Shown piece after piece: positions 1 through 9,992 of a stretch of DNA of 39,207 nt (positions are counted from its first letter, which is position 1; each line of letters starts with the position of its first letter). The notes below the pieces were generated by a model. That model saw nothing but the letters and a program-made list of their open reading frames with translations. It was not told where the DNA came from and made no database searches. A program made the translations under genes and the position numbers. The DNA is from Promethearchaeota archaeon (lineage in GTDB: Archaea; Asgardarchaeota; Lokiarchaeia; Sigyniarchaeales; SOKP01), in contig JAUVNS010000028.1 in assembly GCA_030599585.1 (NCBI GenBank), forward strand, positions 1 to 39,207, in the 5' to 3' direction.

Positions 1-437
1 ACCCTCTTGGTAGTGGATATTACAATATAACTATTGACTGTAACGATATAGATTTCAACGGTTATGGTATAAAGAACATCATGGTAAATATTAGTAAGCA
101 GTTTTATTATAATCAGAGCAAAACAGTTCAAATCACGATTTATGGAGAAACTGAAGCAACTATTACGTATCCTCTTAATAACGCTATTTTTGATTCTGGC
201 GATACATTTGATCTTACGATATTCTACAACGACACGGTGAAAGATCTAGGAATTGATGGCGCAACGATTGAGTATCGCCTTGATTCAGGTGCATCTTACA
301 AGTCCAGTAATCTTAACCCTCTTGGTAGTGGATATTACAATATTACCATTGACTGTAACGATATAGATTTCAACGGTTATGGTATAAAGAACATCATAGT
401 AAATATTAGTAAGCAGTTTTATTACAATCAGAGCAAA
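1..437 (+). repeat. Direct repeat with 315-bp period (1-122 vs 316-437) encoding a 105-aa ectodomain unit
   Basis: Manual alignment gives 118/122 identical nt, with mismatches at positions 29, 32, 83 and 110. Confidence 0.95.
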
Positions 438-3400
438 TCGATCACAATTAAAATTCTAGGAGAAACTTCAATATCCTCTCAAAACATACCTGATAAATTA
501 TACTATACCGCAGCTGAAACTTTTAACATTTCAGTATATTTTGGAGATACCGTTGAAAGTTTGGGAATTAGTGGAGCAGATGTTGATGTTGATGTTGATG
601 GAACTATCTATAATCCAGTTATATTTGATAATGGGGACGGTTATTATAACATTACAATAGACTGTAGTAATTTGATTTTTAGTATCTATAAAACTTTTTC
701 CATTAGGATTAATGTAAGCTTGGTCAACTTTCATAATCAATCTATTATACTTGGTACATTGATAGTCGGTAATGAAACATTGTATGTATTAGCACCTACA
801 AGTGGAGCTGTATTTATTGACGGTCAAAGCTTCGATATTACCGTTGAGTATAACGATTCAATTAGAGATGTTGGAATCGATGGAGCAACGATTCAATACA
901 GCTTAAATGGTTCAGGATATAAGCCTGATAATTACAACGTTAATTACATTGGAGAAGGCAAATATATTATAACTATCAATGTGAACGATACAGATTTTAC
1001 TAAATACGGTTTTGTTGATATTGTAATTGATGTATATAAGCAATTCTATGAAAACAGATCAACGACTTACACATTTCACCGGCAAATTAGGACTCAAATT
1101 ACTTCATCTGAAAGTACTGATTTAGGATCTATTATGAAGGGTCTAAATGTTTCCTATACTTTTAATTATGAGGAATTTTTTTCAAGTGTACTAATTAGAG
1201 ATGCCAATTGGACACAACTGAGCAGTCCACAAGGATTTTCTGCCTACTTACAAATTTACGGAAATGGTACCTATACAATGCATTTAGATACAACAAATGT
1301 TTTAGTTACAGGCTCATCTACTGATTTTGAATTTAATGTTTATGCTACCGGGAATGAGACTCAAATTATAAGGTTAACAGTGAATGTAATAGTAATCCAA
1401 ACCGAAGTTATCGATGTGTCTTTTATATCAGAAATTGCAAGAAATTCTGGTTTAAATCAATCAGTTAGATTTTACTTCAATGATACTACAAATAATCTAC
1501 CGGTCCTCAATGTCATTACAACAAATATCGTGGTTAAAAATTACGCAACTGGAACTCCATTTAATGACGGAGAATTTTGGCTTTTTGATCCATACAGTAA
1601 CGGAACCTATATTTTAGATATTACTATGGGAACCCGAAATTCAGGATGGTATACTTTAGAGATCAACGCATCAAAATTTCCCAATTATGACTACAGTCTA
1701 TTTAATGTGACTTTCTATTATAGAGGAAATTATACGCAATTGAATTTAATTTCTTACTCTTACTCTGATCCAGTAATTGCTTTGACTCCCATAGGGTTAG
1801 GTTATAATTTTACGATTTTCGAGGGAAGTGACACGACAATAGTTTTAAATTTGACAGATTCAGAATTTAGCGATAACATAGTTCTCGGAGTTGCGAATTC
1901 ATATGCAGCAACATATCTAAACCTTGTATCAAGCTTAAATGGAACGCTCTCAAACCTATTTCAATTTACCTCTCCAAATCACGTTGGAACGCTTACTACA
2001 TCTCTATCAGCATTAATACCGGGAAGGTATTTGATAAACATAACATTATCAAAAACAAATTACGAGGATGTTTCGTTTAACTTCAATTTAACAGTAATCG
2101 CGAAGTATCAAACTAACTTAACTGTAGTTTTTAAACCAACCTCAGTAAATGCTGGAGACTCGTTTAGAATTGTAGTTCAGGCAGAATTCTTTAACGGAAT
2201 AAGTTGGGTGCCTTTACAAAATGCTGCTATTACAATGACGCCCATTTTTGATGGAGTTCCCTCCTCAGAAGTACAGATAAAAAGTACTAATAGCACCGGT
2301 CAATTGTTTTTCGACATTACGATAAGAAGCGATGCAATAGCTATGAACATTACTCTTGAATTGCCAGTAGAATACGATCATTTAGCTGATTCTATGGTAA
2401 TTTCTGAAATTAACATAATTCCACCATCTCCAAACGGCTTTACAATTGAAGAATTACTTCCATTTATCATAATTATTGGAGCAGCACTCGTTGCAGCTGG
2501 TGGTTCGGTTGGTGTTTATCGTGGTGTTATTGTCCCTAAAAAACGAGAAAAACAACGTATTCTAACTGAGGTTAAAACTATATTCGACGATGCTATTAAC
2601 TTAGAGCATATTTTAGTGTTATACAAAGGAACAGGAACTTGTATATTCTTCAAATCATATGGTTCAGAACAAATTGATCCAGAACTAATAGGTGGTTTCT
2701 TGTCAGCAGTTTCCTCTTTTGGGAAAGAAATGGCTACTCAAGAAGCCTTAAACGAAATATCTTACGGCGACAAAATGCTTCTATTAGCTGATGGAGCTTT
2801 AATACGAGTTGCGTTAGTTTTAGGAAAAAATGCGTCGTTAATACTTCGCCGCCACCTTAAAGAGTTTATAGGTATATTTGAAAAAACATTTAACGATGTT
2901 TTACCTAAATGGCGTGGTCAATTGAATCATTTCCGAAACGCTGGCACTATTGTGGACGATATTCTAAATACTTCGATAATTTTACCACATCAGATATCTT
3001 ACGATTTCTCTAAAGCTAAAGATTTAAAAAAACCACATTCAAAGGAAGTATTGAAAATTGCTCAAAGTTGTTGTGAAGAAGCTGAGAGAGAATTCTTCTT
3101 TGTCGCAACGTTATTAAAAGAAGTAGCTGATAGAACTAATAAAGATACAGCAGAAATATTTATGGGAATAAAGGAATTAAGAGATAAGAAAATATTAATT
3201 CCTATCGAAATATCAGCAATAGGAGAACAACCAGTATCTCAACAAGAGATTAACCTCATAAACCAAAAAGTTACTTCTTTACCCAATTTAACGAGCGAAG
3301 AGAAACAGAAACTTGTGAATGATCTGGCTCAGCTAGGTCCAATTGAACGAGAAGCGTACTTATCGAGCTTAGCAAAGCAACAAAAAATAGTCACCGCCCC

Positions 3401-3815
3401 AATAAAAACAACAATAGGCGATTTATCAGTTGAAAATCAGAAAGCAGCTAAGAAAGGAATAAAAGAATTACTGAAAAGAGCTAAAATTGCCCAGAGTAAG
3501 AAATCTTACATGAAAGCTGTCGAAATTTATCAAGGTGCTGCTATATTGGCCTCGAATTGGGAGTTAACGACTGAATTTCTTAAAATACAAGAGACCATTC
3601 GAAAAACTAGGATTGTAGATTTAAAAATTAAAAAATCGAATCTAGAAAATGAGGCAAAAAGTGCGGTTAAAGCGAAAAAATACCTAGAAGCGGCTACGAA
3701 GTACAAATATGCTTCCAAAATGGCATCTGAAATCTTTAAATTAGGAGTAACTGAAATGACAAAAGAAGTCAAAAGATTAACCAATAAAACAAATGAATAT
3801 GAGAAAATGAAATAA
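3..3815 (+). CDS. Large membrane-anchored surface glycoprotein (5'-partial): repeated beta-rich ectodomain, one TM helix, cytoplasmic longin-like + winged-helix-like + helical (MIT/TPR-like) tail
   Basis: The frame is open from base 3 (PLGSGYYNITIDCND...). The ATG at 81 is an ATA>ATG variant inside a repeat unit, so the true start lies upstream of the window. There are ~105-aa repeats (YNDT..GIDGA..G.Y.ITI), about 30 N-x-S/T sequons, a TM segment LPFIIIIGAALVAAGGSVGVY followed by KKREKQR, then LEHILVLYKGTGTCIF...LIGGFLSAVSSFGKE (longin-like). Confidence 0.85.
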   Translation, partial: PLGSGYYNITIDCNDIDFNGYGIKNIMVNISKQFYYNQSKTVQITIYGETEATITYPLNNAIFDSGDTFDLTIFYNDTVKDLGIDGATIEYRLDSGASYKSSNLNPLGSGYYNITIDCNDIDFNGYGIKNIIVNISKQFYYNQSKSITIKILGETSISSQNIPDKLYYTAAETFNISVYFGDTVESLGISGADVDVDVDGTIYNPVIFDNGDGYYNITIDCSNLIFSIYKTFSIRINVSLVNFHNQSIILGTLIVGNETLYVLAPTSGAVFIDGQSFDITVEYNDSIRDVGIDGATIQYSLNGSGYKPDNYNVNYIGEGKYIITINVNDTDFTKYGFVDIVIDVYKQFYENRSTTYTFHRQIRTQITSSESTDLGSIMKGLNVSYTFNYEEFFSSVLIRDANWTQLSSPQGFSAYLQIYGNGTYTMHLDTTNVLVTGSSTDFEFNVYATGNETQIIRLTVNVIVIQTEVIDVSFISEIARNSGLNQSVRFYFNDTTNNLPVLNVITTNIVVKNYATGTPFNDGEFWLFDPYSNGTYILDITMGTRNSGWYTLEINASKFPNYDYSLFNVTFYYRGNYTQLNLISYSYSDPVIALTPIGLGYNFTIFEGSDTTIVLNLTDSEFSDNIVLGVANSYAATYLNLVSSLNGTLSNLFQFTSPNHVGTLTTSLSALIPGRYLINITLSKTNYEDVSFNFNLTVIAKYQTNLTVVFKPTSVNAGDSFRIVVQAEFFNGISWVPLQNAAITMTPIFDGVPSSEVQIKSTNSTGQLFFDITIRSDAIAMNITLELPVEYDHLADSMVISEINIIPPSPNGFTIEELLPFIIIIGAALVAAGGSVGVYRGVIVPKKREKQRILTEVKTIFDDAINLEHILVLYKGTGTCIFFKSYGSEQIDPELIGGFLSAVSSFGKEMATQEALNEISYGDKMLLLADGALIRVALVLGKNASLILRRHLKEFIGIFEKTFNDVLPKWRGQLNHFRNAGTIVDDILNTSIILPHQISYDFSKAKDLKKPHSKEVLKIAQSCCEEAEREFFFVATLLKEVADRTNKDTAEIFMGIKELRDKKILIPIEISAIGEQPVSQQEINLINQKVTSLPNLTSEEKQKLVNDLAQLGPIEREAYLSSLAKQQKIVTAPIKTTIGDLSVENQKAAKKGIKELLKRAKIAQSKKSYMKAVEIYQGAAILASNWELTTEFLKIQETIRKTRIVDLKIKKSNLENEAKSAVKAKKYLEAATKYKYASKMASEIFKLGVTEMTKEVKRLTNKTNEYEKMK

Positions 3816-3836
3816 ATTAGTTAGTTTATTATTACC

Positions 3837-3858
3837 TTTTTTTTTAATCTTATTTTTT
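3837..3858 (+). terminator. Oligo-T archaeal-type terminator candidate
   Basis: T9 and T6 runs just after the stop at 3815, between convergent genes. Confidence 0.5.
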
Positions 3859-3878
3859 GTTATACGCGTTTTACTTAA

Positions 3879-5150
3879 TTAGTCTGTAATACCATTTTCG
3901 GTAATAGAAAATACAGCTTCTCCTTCAGGTAAGTGAGGGGCATCAATCATTTTTGCTACTCGTTGTTCACCTTTACCTTTTCTTAAGTAAACTCTGATTG
4001 TCGACCCATGCGCTACAATATTTCCACCTGCTGCTACAGTTGGATTTCCATAAAAAACATCTGGTTTTGATTGAACCTGATTAGTTACAATTACACATAA
4101 ATCAGGAAATATATCTGTTAGTCGTAATAAATCGTGGAGATGAACATTAATGGTCTGTTGTCTATTAGCGAGTGTCCCTCGTCCAACATATTCGCTTCTA
4201 AAATGCCCAATTAACGAATCAACTATAATGAGTTTTATATTTTTTTCTTTAATAAGACTAGCGGCTTCTTTAATTAACATTATTTGATGATCAGAGTTAT
4301 AAGCGCGACCAAACACTATATTTTTTAGAACTTTTTTATGGTCTAGATCATGACCTTCAGCCATCTGTATTATTCTTTCTGGTCTGAATGTTCCCTCAGT
4401 ATCGATGTATAAGGCACATCCGTTTAATCCTCCATCTTCTTTAGGTAATTGGACATTAACACATAATTGATGAGCTAATTGTGTTTTTCCGGTCCTAAAC
4501 TCGCCAAAGAATTCAACTACACACCCTGTTTCGATACCACCGTGGAATAAATTATCGAGTTCTTGACTACTTGTAGTTATTCTAGAAATATTTTTCCTAT
4601 ATTCCCAAACATCTTCAGCAGATTTGAAACCAATGTCTAGTTTATCCATCGAAGCTTTGATCAACTTTGCTGTTGTTTTGTCTCCTAAACCTGATTCTTT
4701 TTGAATAATGGTTGGAGGTGTATAAGCAATAGATTCAAGGCTATTAAAACCGGCTTTGATCAATTTTTTGAGTGTAGCTTCTCCTACTCCAGGAAGTTTT
4801 TTAACAGCTTCGACACAAGCGTTAGCATCATCATCATAATTTTCCAATTCTTCATCAAAATCGTCTTCCTCAATTTCATCATCTACTTCTATTTTTTCGT
4901 CTAATCCCTCATCTGAAGCCTCTTCTTCTACAGAAGTACTATCATCTTCAGATACTAGATCGGAAACCTCTATTTCGTCATCTATAACTTCTTCGTTTAG
5001 AACTCCATCATCTTTTGGTTCAACCTTAGCAAAATTTAAGTGTTCCTTGTAGATTTTACCTTTCGTGTGATTTCTTTTACATTCTTCACAGAAATAAGGC
5101 TCTCCTATGCCAGATTGATTTTGAGTATTAATTTCACTAGCTTTAGCCAT
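3879..5150 (-). CDS. radA: DNA repair and recombination protein RadA with ~110-aa N-terminal extension
   Basis: HhH LPGVG, polymerisation motif GFKSA, Walker [21 protein letters not shown], Walker [30 protein letters not shown]. Confidence 0.97.
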   Translation of the reverse strand: MAKASEINTQNQSGIGEPYFCEECKRNHTKGKIYKEHLNFAKVEPKDDGVLNEEVIDDEIEVSDLVSEDDSTSVEEEASDEGLDEKIEVDDEIEEDDFDEELENYDDDANACVEAVKKLPGVGEATLKKLIKAGFNSLESIAYTPPTIIQKESGLGDKTTAKLIKASMDKLDIGFKSAEDVWEYRKNISRITTSSQELDNLFHGGIETGCVVEFFGEFRTGKTQLAHQLCVNVQLPKEDGGLNGCALYIDTEGTFRPERIIQMAEGHDLDHKKVLKNIVFGRAYNSDHQIMLIKEAASLIKEKNIKLIIVDSLIGHFRSEYVGRGTLANRQQTINVHLHDLLRLTDIFPDLCVIVTNQVQSKPDVFYGNPTVAAGGNIVAHGSTIRVYLRKGKGEQRVAKMIDAPHLPEGEAVFSITENGITD

Positions 5151-5408
5151 AATACATCACATTTTTTTTAATATTTCGTGTATTTTTTATAGTTTTTGTT
5201 TATTAAAGTATAAGTATTGCAAATCTTATTTTAAAGCGAATAGACATCTAATTTTTTAGAATTCTAATGTATTTACACATTAATAACTCAACTTCAGTAT
5301 GAGAAAAGAGAATGTTTTTTATTCAAAAAAAAATCAAACACAAAACATTTTTGTAGAAATCATTTCATTATTATAATAAGCATATAATTGTAAAACTGCG
5401 AGTTAAAA

Positions 5409-6656
5409 ATGAACTCTTATTTTGATTTTGAATATTACCCAAAGATAAATCCGAAAATAATAGAAAAACACAAACAAATTATTATTTCTAAGAAAGATAA
5501 ATGGGAAAGCCCGTTTTTTACCGACACTACTTCGTATTTGGACTTAGCTAAAATTGAAGGCGTGGCAAAAGAATATGCAAACGAAAAAATTAAAAATGTC
5601 ATAGTTTTGGGGACTGGAGGTTCAGTTCAAACACTACTCGCCTTAAAACACTTAGCTAAAAAAAAGCTCTATCATATTACAAGTTCTCGAGCTGTAGAAT
5701 TAAAACACTGCCTTGATACTACAAATCCAGAAGATTCAATTGTACTCCCAATTTCAAGAGGTGGAGAAACTCTAGATGTAAACTCAACTATTGGCACATT
5801 TTTGAAAAAGGATTATACTTTTTTAGGTCTTTCCTCAAAGGGTACAATGCATAATATCCTTAGCAAAATTGGGTGCCCAATTCTAGAAGTACCCGATCTT
5901 TCCGGTCGTTTTGCGGGTTCAATTTCAAATGTTGGGATACTTCCTTCGCTTTTGCTCGGAATCAATGTAAACGAGTTTTTAAGAGGGTTAAATGAGGGGT
6001 ATGAGAAATTTATGCAGTTCAATGAAAATCCGGCTCTCGAATTCTCGTCTTTCCTTTATGGATTATATTTGAAAGGGTATAAAATTGTTTTTTCTATGCC
6101 CTATTCAATAACTCTTGAAGGTAGTGTAGGACTGTTTGTCCAAGAAATATCAGAGAGCACTGGAAAAAATGAGAAGGGTTTAATCGGGACTTTTCAATCG
6201 GCTCCACTTTGCCAACACTCTGTTTTAGAGTATTTATTAGGTGGAACTAAAGGCGCTGTAATTCCTGTCTTATGGACGGTAGAAAATGAAGTTGAAGATT
6301 TTCTATTATCATCTTCGATAGATTATGTGAACAATAAGACTGCTCAAACAGTTGTAAACTATCAAGCGGACGCAACTTTTCAAGCTTTGCTTGAGCAAGT
6401 AGTACCTACAGCGAAAATATCTATTACCCAATCTGATGAATATTCGATAGGGATTTTAATTTCGTTCATCCAATCATCGATCTATAACTTATGCTTACTT
6501 TTAGATGTAAATTGGTCAAATAATCCAAAAGTAATAATAGGAAAAGAAATTGGCAACAAATATTTGAATGAAACAATTTCACCTACAAAAAGGAAAGACA
6601 CTAGAAGAAATCTAGCGTTATCCAAATTCCAACAGGATTTTTACAAATATGACTAA
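5409..6656 (+). CDS. pgi: Divergent glucose-6-phosphate isomerase (SIS-fold PGI family)
   Basis: PGI motifs in order: VLGTGGS, ISRGGET, SGRF, QEISESTGK, QHS, NWSNNPKVIIGK. Confidence 0.7.
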   Translation: MNSYFDFEYYPKINPKIIEKHKQIIISKKDKWESPFFTDTTSYLDLAKIEGVAKEYANEKIKNVIVLGTGGSVQTLLALKHLAKKKLYHITSSRAVELKHCLDTTNPEDSIVLPISRGGETLDVNSTIGTFLKKDYTFLGLSSKGTMHNILSKIGCPILEVPDLSGRFAGSISNVGILPSLLLGINVNEFLRGLNEGYEKFMQFNENPALEFSSFLYGLYLKGYKIVFSMPYSITLEGSVGLFVQEISESTGKNEKGLIGTFQSAPLCQHSVLEYLLGGTKGAVIPVLWTVENEVEDFLLSSSIDYVNNKTAQTVVNYQADATFQALLEQVVPTAKISITQSDEYSIGILISFIQSSIYNLCLLLDVNWSNNPKVIIGKEIGNKYLNETISPTKRKDTRRNLALSKFQQDFYKYD

Positions 6657-6665
6657 TTTTTAATT

Positions 6666-8093
6666 TTATTTTCTGTTAATAAAGGCATCATACAACACAT
6701 TAACGGCTTTTTTACAATTCTCACGATCAATAATAGCTGTGAAATTTAATTCAGAAGATCCTTGAGCAATTGCTTTAATGTTTATGTGGTTATTTCCTAA
6801 GGACGTGAAGACTTTACCAGCTATTCCAGGTGTGTGAAGTATTCCAGCCCCAATAACGGCAACTAATGATATTTCATGGTCTATTTTGACTTTAAACCAT
6901 TCTTCTCCAAAATAATCGGAATTTCTCAATAAAAAACTTACTTTCATAGAATCTTCGTATTCAATGCCAAATGTTATATTATTTTCAGAAGAACTCTGCG
7001 AAATAAATACGACATTGATATTATTCTCTCCTAAAAGCGAAAAAAGTTTCGCAGCAGTTCCAGATAATGGGATCATCGTATCACCCTCTATAGTGACCAT
7101 TGAGAGCTTTTCTATTGATGTGATTGCCTTTATGACGCTATCACCTTGAATTATCTCTTTACTTATTGTCGTAAACTCTTCTGACTCTGGCTCGTTAAAA
7201 AACCTAACTTCTGAAGAAATGTTTCCTTTTTCGTTAATATCAAGACACAAAGGGTGGAGTACCTTCGTTCCAAAAAACGCTAATTCTTTCGCTTCCTTAT
7301 ATGAAATTTGTTTAATGAGTGAAGTCTTTTCAGCAACTCTTGGATCAGCATCTAAGAAGCCTTTTACATCTTTCCAGTATATAATTTTGCAAAGGTAAGC
7401 ATTACGTAACGCATAAGCAATTATTGCTGCCGATAAATCGCTCCCACCCCTTCCTAAAGTAGAAATTTTATTATCTTTCGTCGAACCAAAATACCCACTT
7501 ACACAAACAATTGGATTATTATCTGACATTAGAATAGGAAGTAATTTTTCTTTAACCAATACTTCAGTTTCTTCGAGTAGCGGAAGAGCTCGACCAAAAT
7601 TGTCATCTGTTCTAATAATTTTATCAGAGAGCATTACCTCTGATTTACTACCGTGAAAAGAAAAATAATTACTCAAGATGAATGTGCTTAGCCTTTCTCC
7701 GTAAGATACAAATAAGTCATAAATATCTGCACTAGGCCGTATTAATTTAATAAGACTTCCCAAATGTTTTAAGTCCTCAATATGTTTTTGTAAAAGTTCG
7801 AGTGTATTCCTATATTCGTTACTATCTTCGTCAAATAGCTTTTTTATAAGCTGGAAGTGGTCATTGTAAATATCTTCAATAGTAAGAGCGCAATCTTGTT
7901 CTTCATTGCAAGATTTTTCATAGAAGTTTATTAATTTATTAGTCATACCTTTAATTGCGGAAACAACAACCAGTATTTTTGTAAATTTCATGTGATGTTT
8001 AACAATAGATGCGATCTGTCTATACGAATCCATACTTTGCAAACAAGATCCGCCAAATTTCATTATTGTCAAAGATTGTTTCTTTTCACTCAT
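6666..8093 (-). CDS. lysC: Aspartate kinase with two C-terminal ACT domains
   Basis: MKFGGS, VVVSA, SYGERLS, TLGRGGSDLSA, DADPR, ELAFFGTKVLHP, ACT motifs ISQSSSE and IAQGSSE. Confidence 0.93.
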   Translation of the reverse strand: MSEKKQSLTIMKFGGSCLQSMDSYRQIASIVKHHMKFTKILVVVSAIKGMTNKLINFYEKSCNEEQDCALTIEDIYNDHFQLIKKLFDEDSNEYRNTLELLQKHIEDLKHLGSLIKLIRPSADIYDLFVSYGERLSTFILSNYFSFHGSKSEVMLSDKIIRTDDNFGRALPLLEETEVLVKEKLLPILMSDNNPIVCVSGYFGSTKDNKISTLGRGGSDLSAAIIAYALRNAYLCKIIYWKDVKGFLDADPRVAEKTSLIKQISYKEAKELAFFGTKVLHPLCLDINEKGNISSEVRFFNEPESEEFTTISKEIIQGDSVIKAITSIEKLSMVTIEGDTMIPLSGTAAKLFSLLGENNINVVFISQSSSENNITFGIEYEDSMKVSFLLRNSDYFGEEWFKVKIDHEISLVAVIGAGILHTPGIAGKVFTSLGNNHINIKAIAQGSSELNFTAIIDRENCKKAVNVLYDAFINRK

Positions 8094-8209
8094 ACAAATG
8101 AACCAAATGTTTTTATAATATGATCTTAGATGTTGAAAAATTTGAAACTATATTAGCTTTTTCTATAAAGCTAATCTCACATTATTATTTTATCTTAGAT
8201 CAGTTAATA

Positions 8210-8674
8210 TTATTCTAATAATTGATGGACATTTAATTTGGATTCATTCAACAATTCTTTTTTAATCTTATTTTCCATGTTATATCCTTCCTTATATACA
8301 AGCCTATTGATTCCTGCATTAATAATTAATTTTAAACAGCTCATACAAGGAAAATGTGTTGTGTAAAGAGTAGTATTACCTAATATTGAAGTACCATGAA
8401 TAGCTGCTTGAATAATGCAATTTATCTCCGCATGGACTCCCCGACATAATTCTGGTTTTTCGCCACTTTTTAAGTTCTGTCGCATACAGGTTATTGGAGT
8501 ACAATGATTAAATCCAGATGGTGAACCGTTATAACCGGTTGATAGAATATGAGAATCCTTAATTAGTACCGCACCAACTTTTCTTTTTATACAAGTACTT
8601 CTTTCTGACACAACTTCTGCAATTTTCATAAAGTAATCGTCTTGAGATATCCTGAATGCGTTTTCTTGGTTCAT
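8210..8674 (-). CDS. dCMP deaminase family protein (ComEB-like)
   Basis: RSTC..RKVGAV, TGYNG, HAEIN, PCMSC zinc-deaminase motifs. Confidence 0.92.
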   Translation of the reverse strand: MNQENAFRISQDDYFMKIAEVVSERSTCIKRKVGAVLIKDSHILSTGYNGSPSGFNHCTPITCMRQNLKSGEKPELCRGVHAEINCIIQAAIHGTSILGNTTLYTTHFPCMSCLKLIINAGINRLVYKEGYNMENKIKKELLNESKLNVHQLLE

Positions 8675-8716
8675 TTTCTTTAAATGACTACCGTAGATTT
8701 TCTTATATAAGTTTCT

Positions 8717-9805
8717 TTATATCCATAAAAATAATATTATCGCAATTGAAGCGATACATCCTAGAATAGAGAGGAAATATGTTAGGAGGTGGTTACCGGT
8801 TTGAAAATGAACCCGAGCTATTTTAAAATCAATATCGATGGTGAAAATAGATTCTTTGGTCGTTAGATGTCCATATAAAATTAAAGGTGTGAGATACCTA
8901 ACATAGGTTCTTCTCCAAAACAAGATTGAAAACATCACGATTATTGAAAAGAAAGTTATCTCTAATAAATCCGCTTTTTTTATGCGAAAGATCATGTAAC
9001 TTATAAATACAGCTCCAAATAGAAGAAGTTTAAAAATTAAAGGAGGATTAAATAAGGCAGCTTCTTCTGTACTTGATAACCACCCAATGTAAAGATCTAA
9101 ATAGTTAGGGAGATAAAAAATTGGTGTAATAAGAAAAATAATTATCGGGACTCCAATATAAATAACGATCTTCTTCATTTCTTTCCAGTTTTTATTAAAT
9201 AAGAATTTGAAGAAGAAGTAGGCAGCCGCGGGTAATGTGAACCATTTAACGCTCATCGTTAATCCAGAAAAAAGATAAAATAATGTTTTATCCTCTTTTG
9301 GATAGTAATATAAAGAGATAAGTAAAAAAATGTAAAAAAAGCTATCAGTTATGTGATATCCACAATTAATCGGGCTAAATACATTGTTTAAAAACAGGAA
9401 TGGATTAACTAAGAACGTCCCTAAAACAAATAATCTATTTTTTATATCAAATTTCTTAAGGATAAAGTAAAAAGAAAGCGAAATAAGGAGTTCTAAAATA
9501 AAGGCATAAAAAACAAATACCTCAAAAACACCAAACGATATAATTTTAAAAAAGATTAAAAAATACAAAGTTAAAGGAGGGTATTCTAACTGGGTTACAT
9601 CCCAAATCCATTCTCCTGTAAACATCGAGTCAGTAGTATGATAGTTAATCAGGATATCCCCCCAAGAGAGACCAGGGTCAAGATGAGTAATGTAATAATA
9701 AATTAACATAAAAATTCTTATTCCAACGCCAATTAATACAAGTAAAATTCCTAACTCACAATAATTTTTAACTTTCCATAAACCATTACGATCCTTTTTA
9801 ATCAT
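8717..9805 (-). CDS. Polytopic membrane protein, probable GT-C fold glycosyltransferase (GT87/PIG-M-like)
   Basis: About 9-10 hydrophobic segments; a first loop with GD...EYPPL, a later SVKW..LP motif and a late RYL.P, as typical of lipid-phosphate-sugar-dependent GT-C enzymes; adjacent to a GT2 gene. Confidence 0.6.
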   Translation of the reverse strand: MIKKDRNGLWKVKNYCELGILLVLIGVGIRIFMLIYYYITHLDPGLSWGDILINYHTTDSMFTGEWIWDVTQLEYPPLTLYFLIFFKIISFGVFEVFVFYAFILELLISLSFYFILKKFDIKNRLFVLGTFLVNPFLFLNNVFSPINCGYHITDSFFYIFLLISLYYYPKEDKTLFYLFSGLTMSVKWFTLPAAAYFFFKFLFNKNWKEMKKIVIYIGVPIIIFLITPIFYLPNYLDLYIGWLSSTEEAALFNPPLIFKLLLFGAVFISYMIFRIKKADLLEITFFSIIVMFSILFWRRTYVRYLTPLILYGHLTTKESIFTIDIDFKIARVHFQTGNHLLTYFLSILGCIASIAIILFLWI

Positions 9806-9992
9806 ATTATAGACGCCTTGTTTTTTTTTCCGTCGTAGAGATAAATTTATGATAATTTATAAGATGAATTAAATTAAAATTTACTCGTGTATAAAATTAT
9901 ATATTCTAATAATATTTAGAAAGCGTAAATGAAAAGTTAGTTAGTTCTTATTTTTTTAAACATAGAAAAATTGTAGTATTGAAACGAAGAGT

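Noticed and set aside
81-83. ATG at 81 as the start of the surface protein
   Set aside because: The frame is open from base 3 and the equivalent codon in the next repeat copy is ATA; no signal peptide follows.
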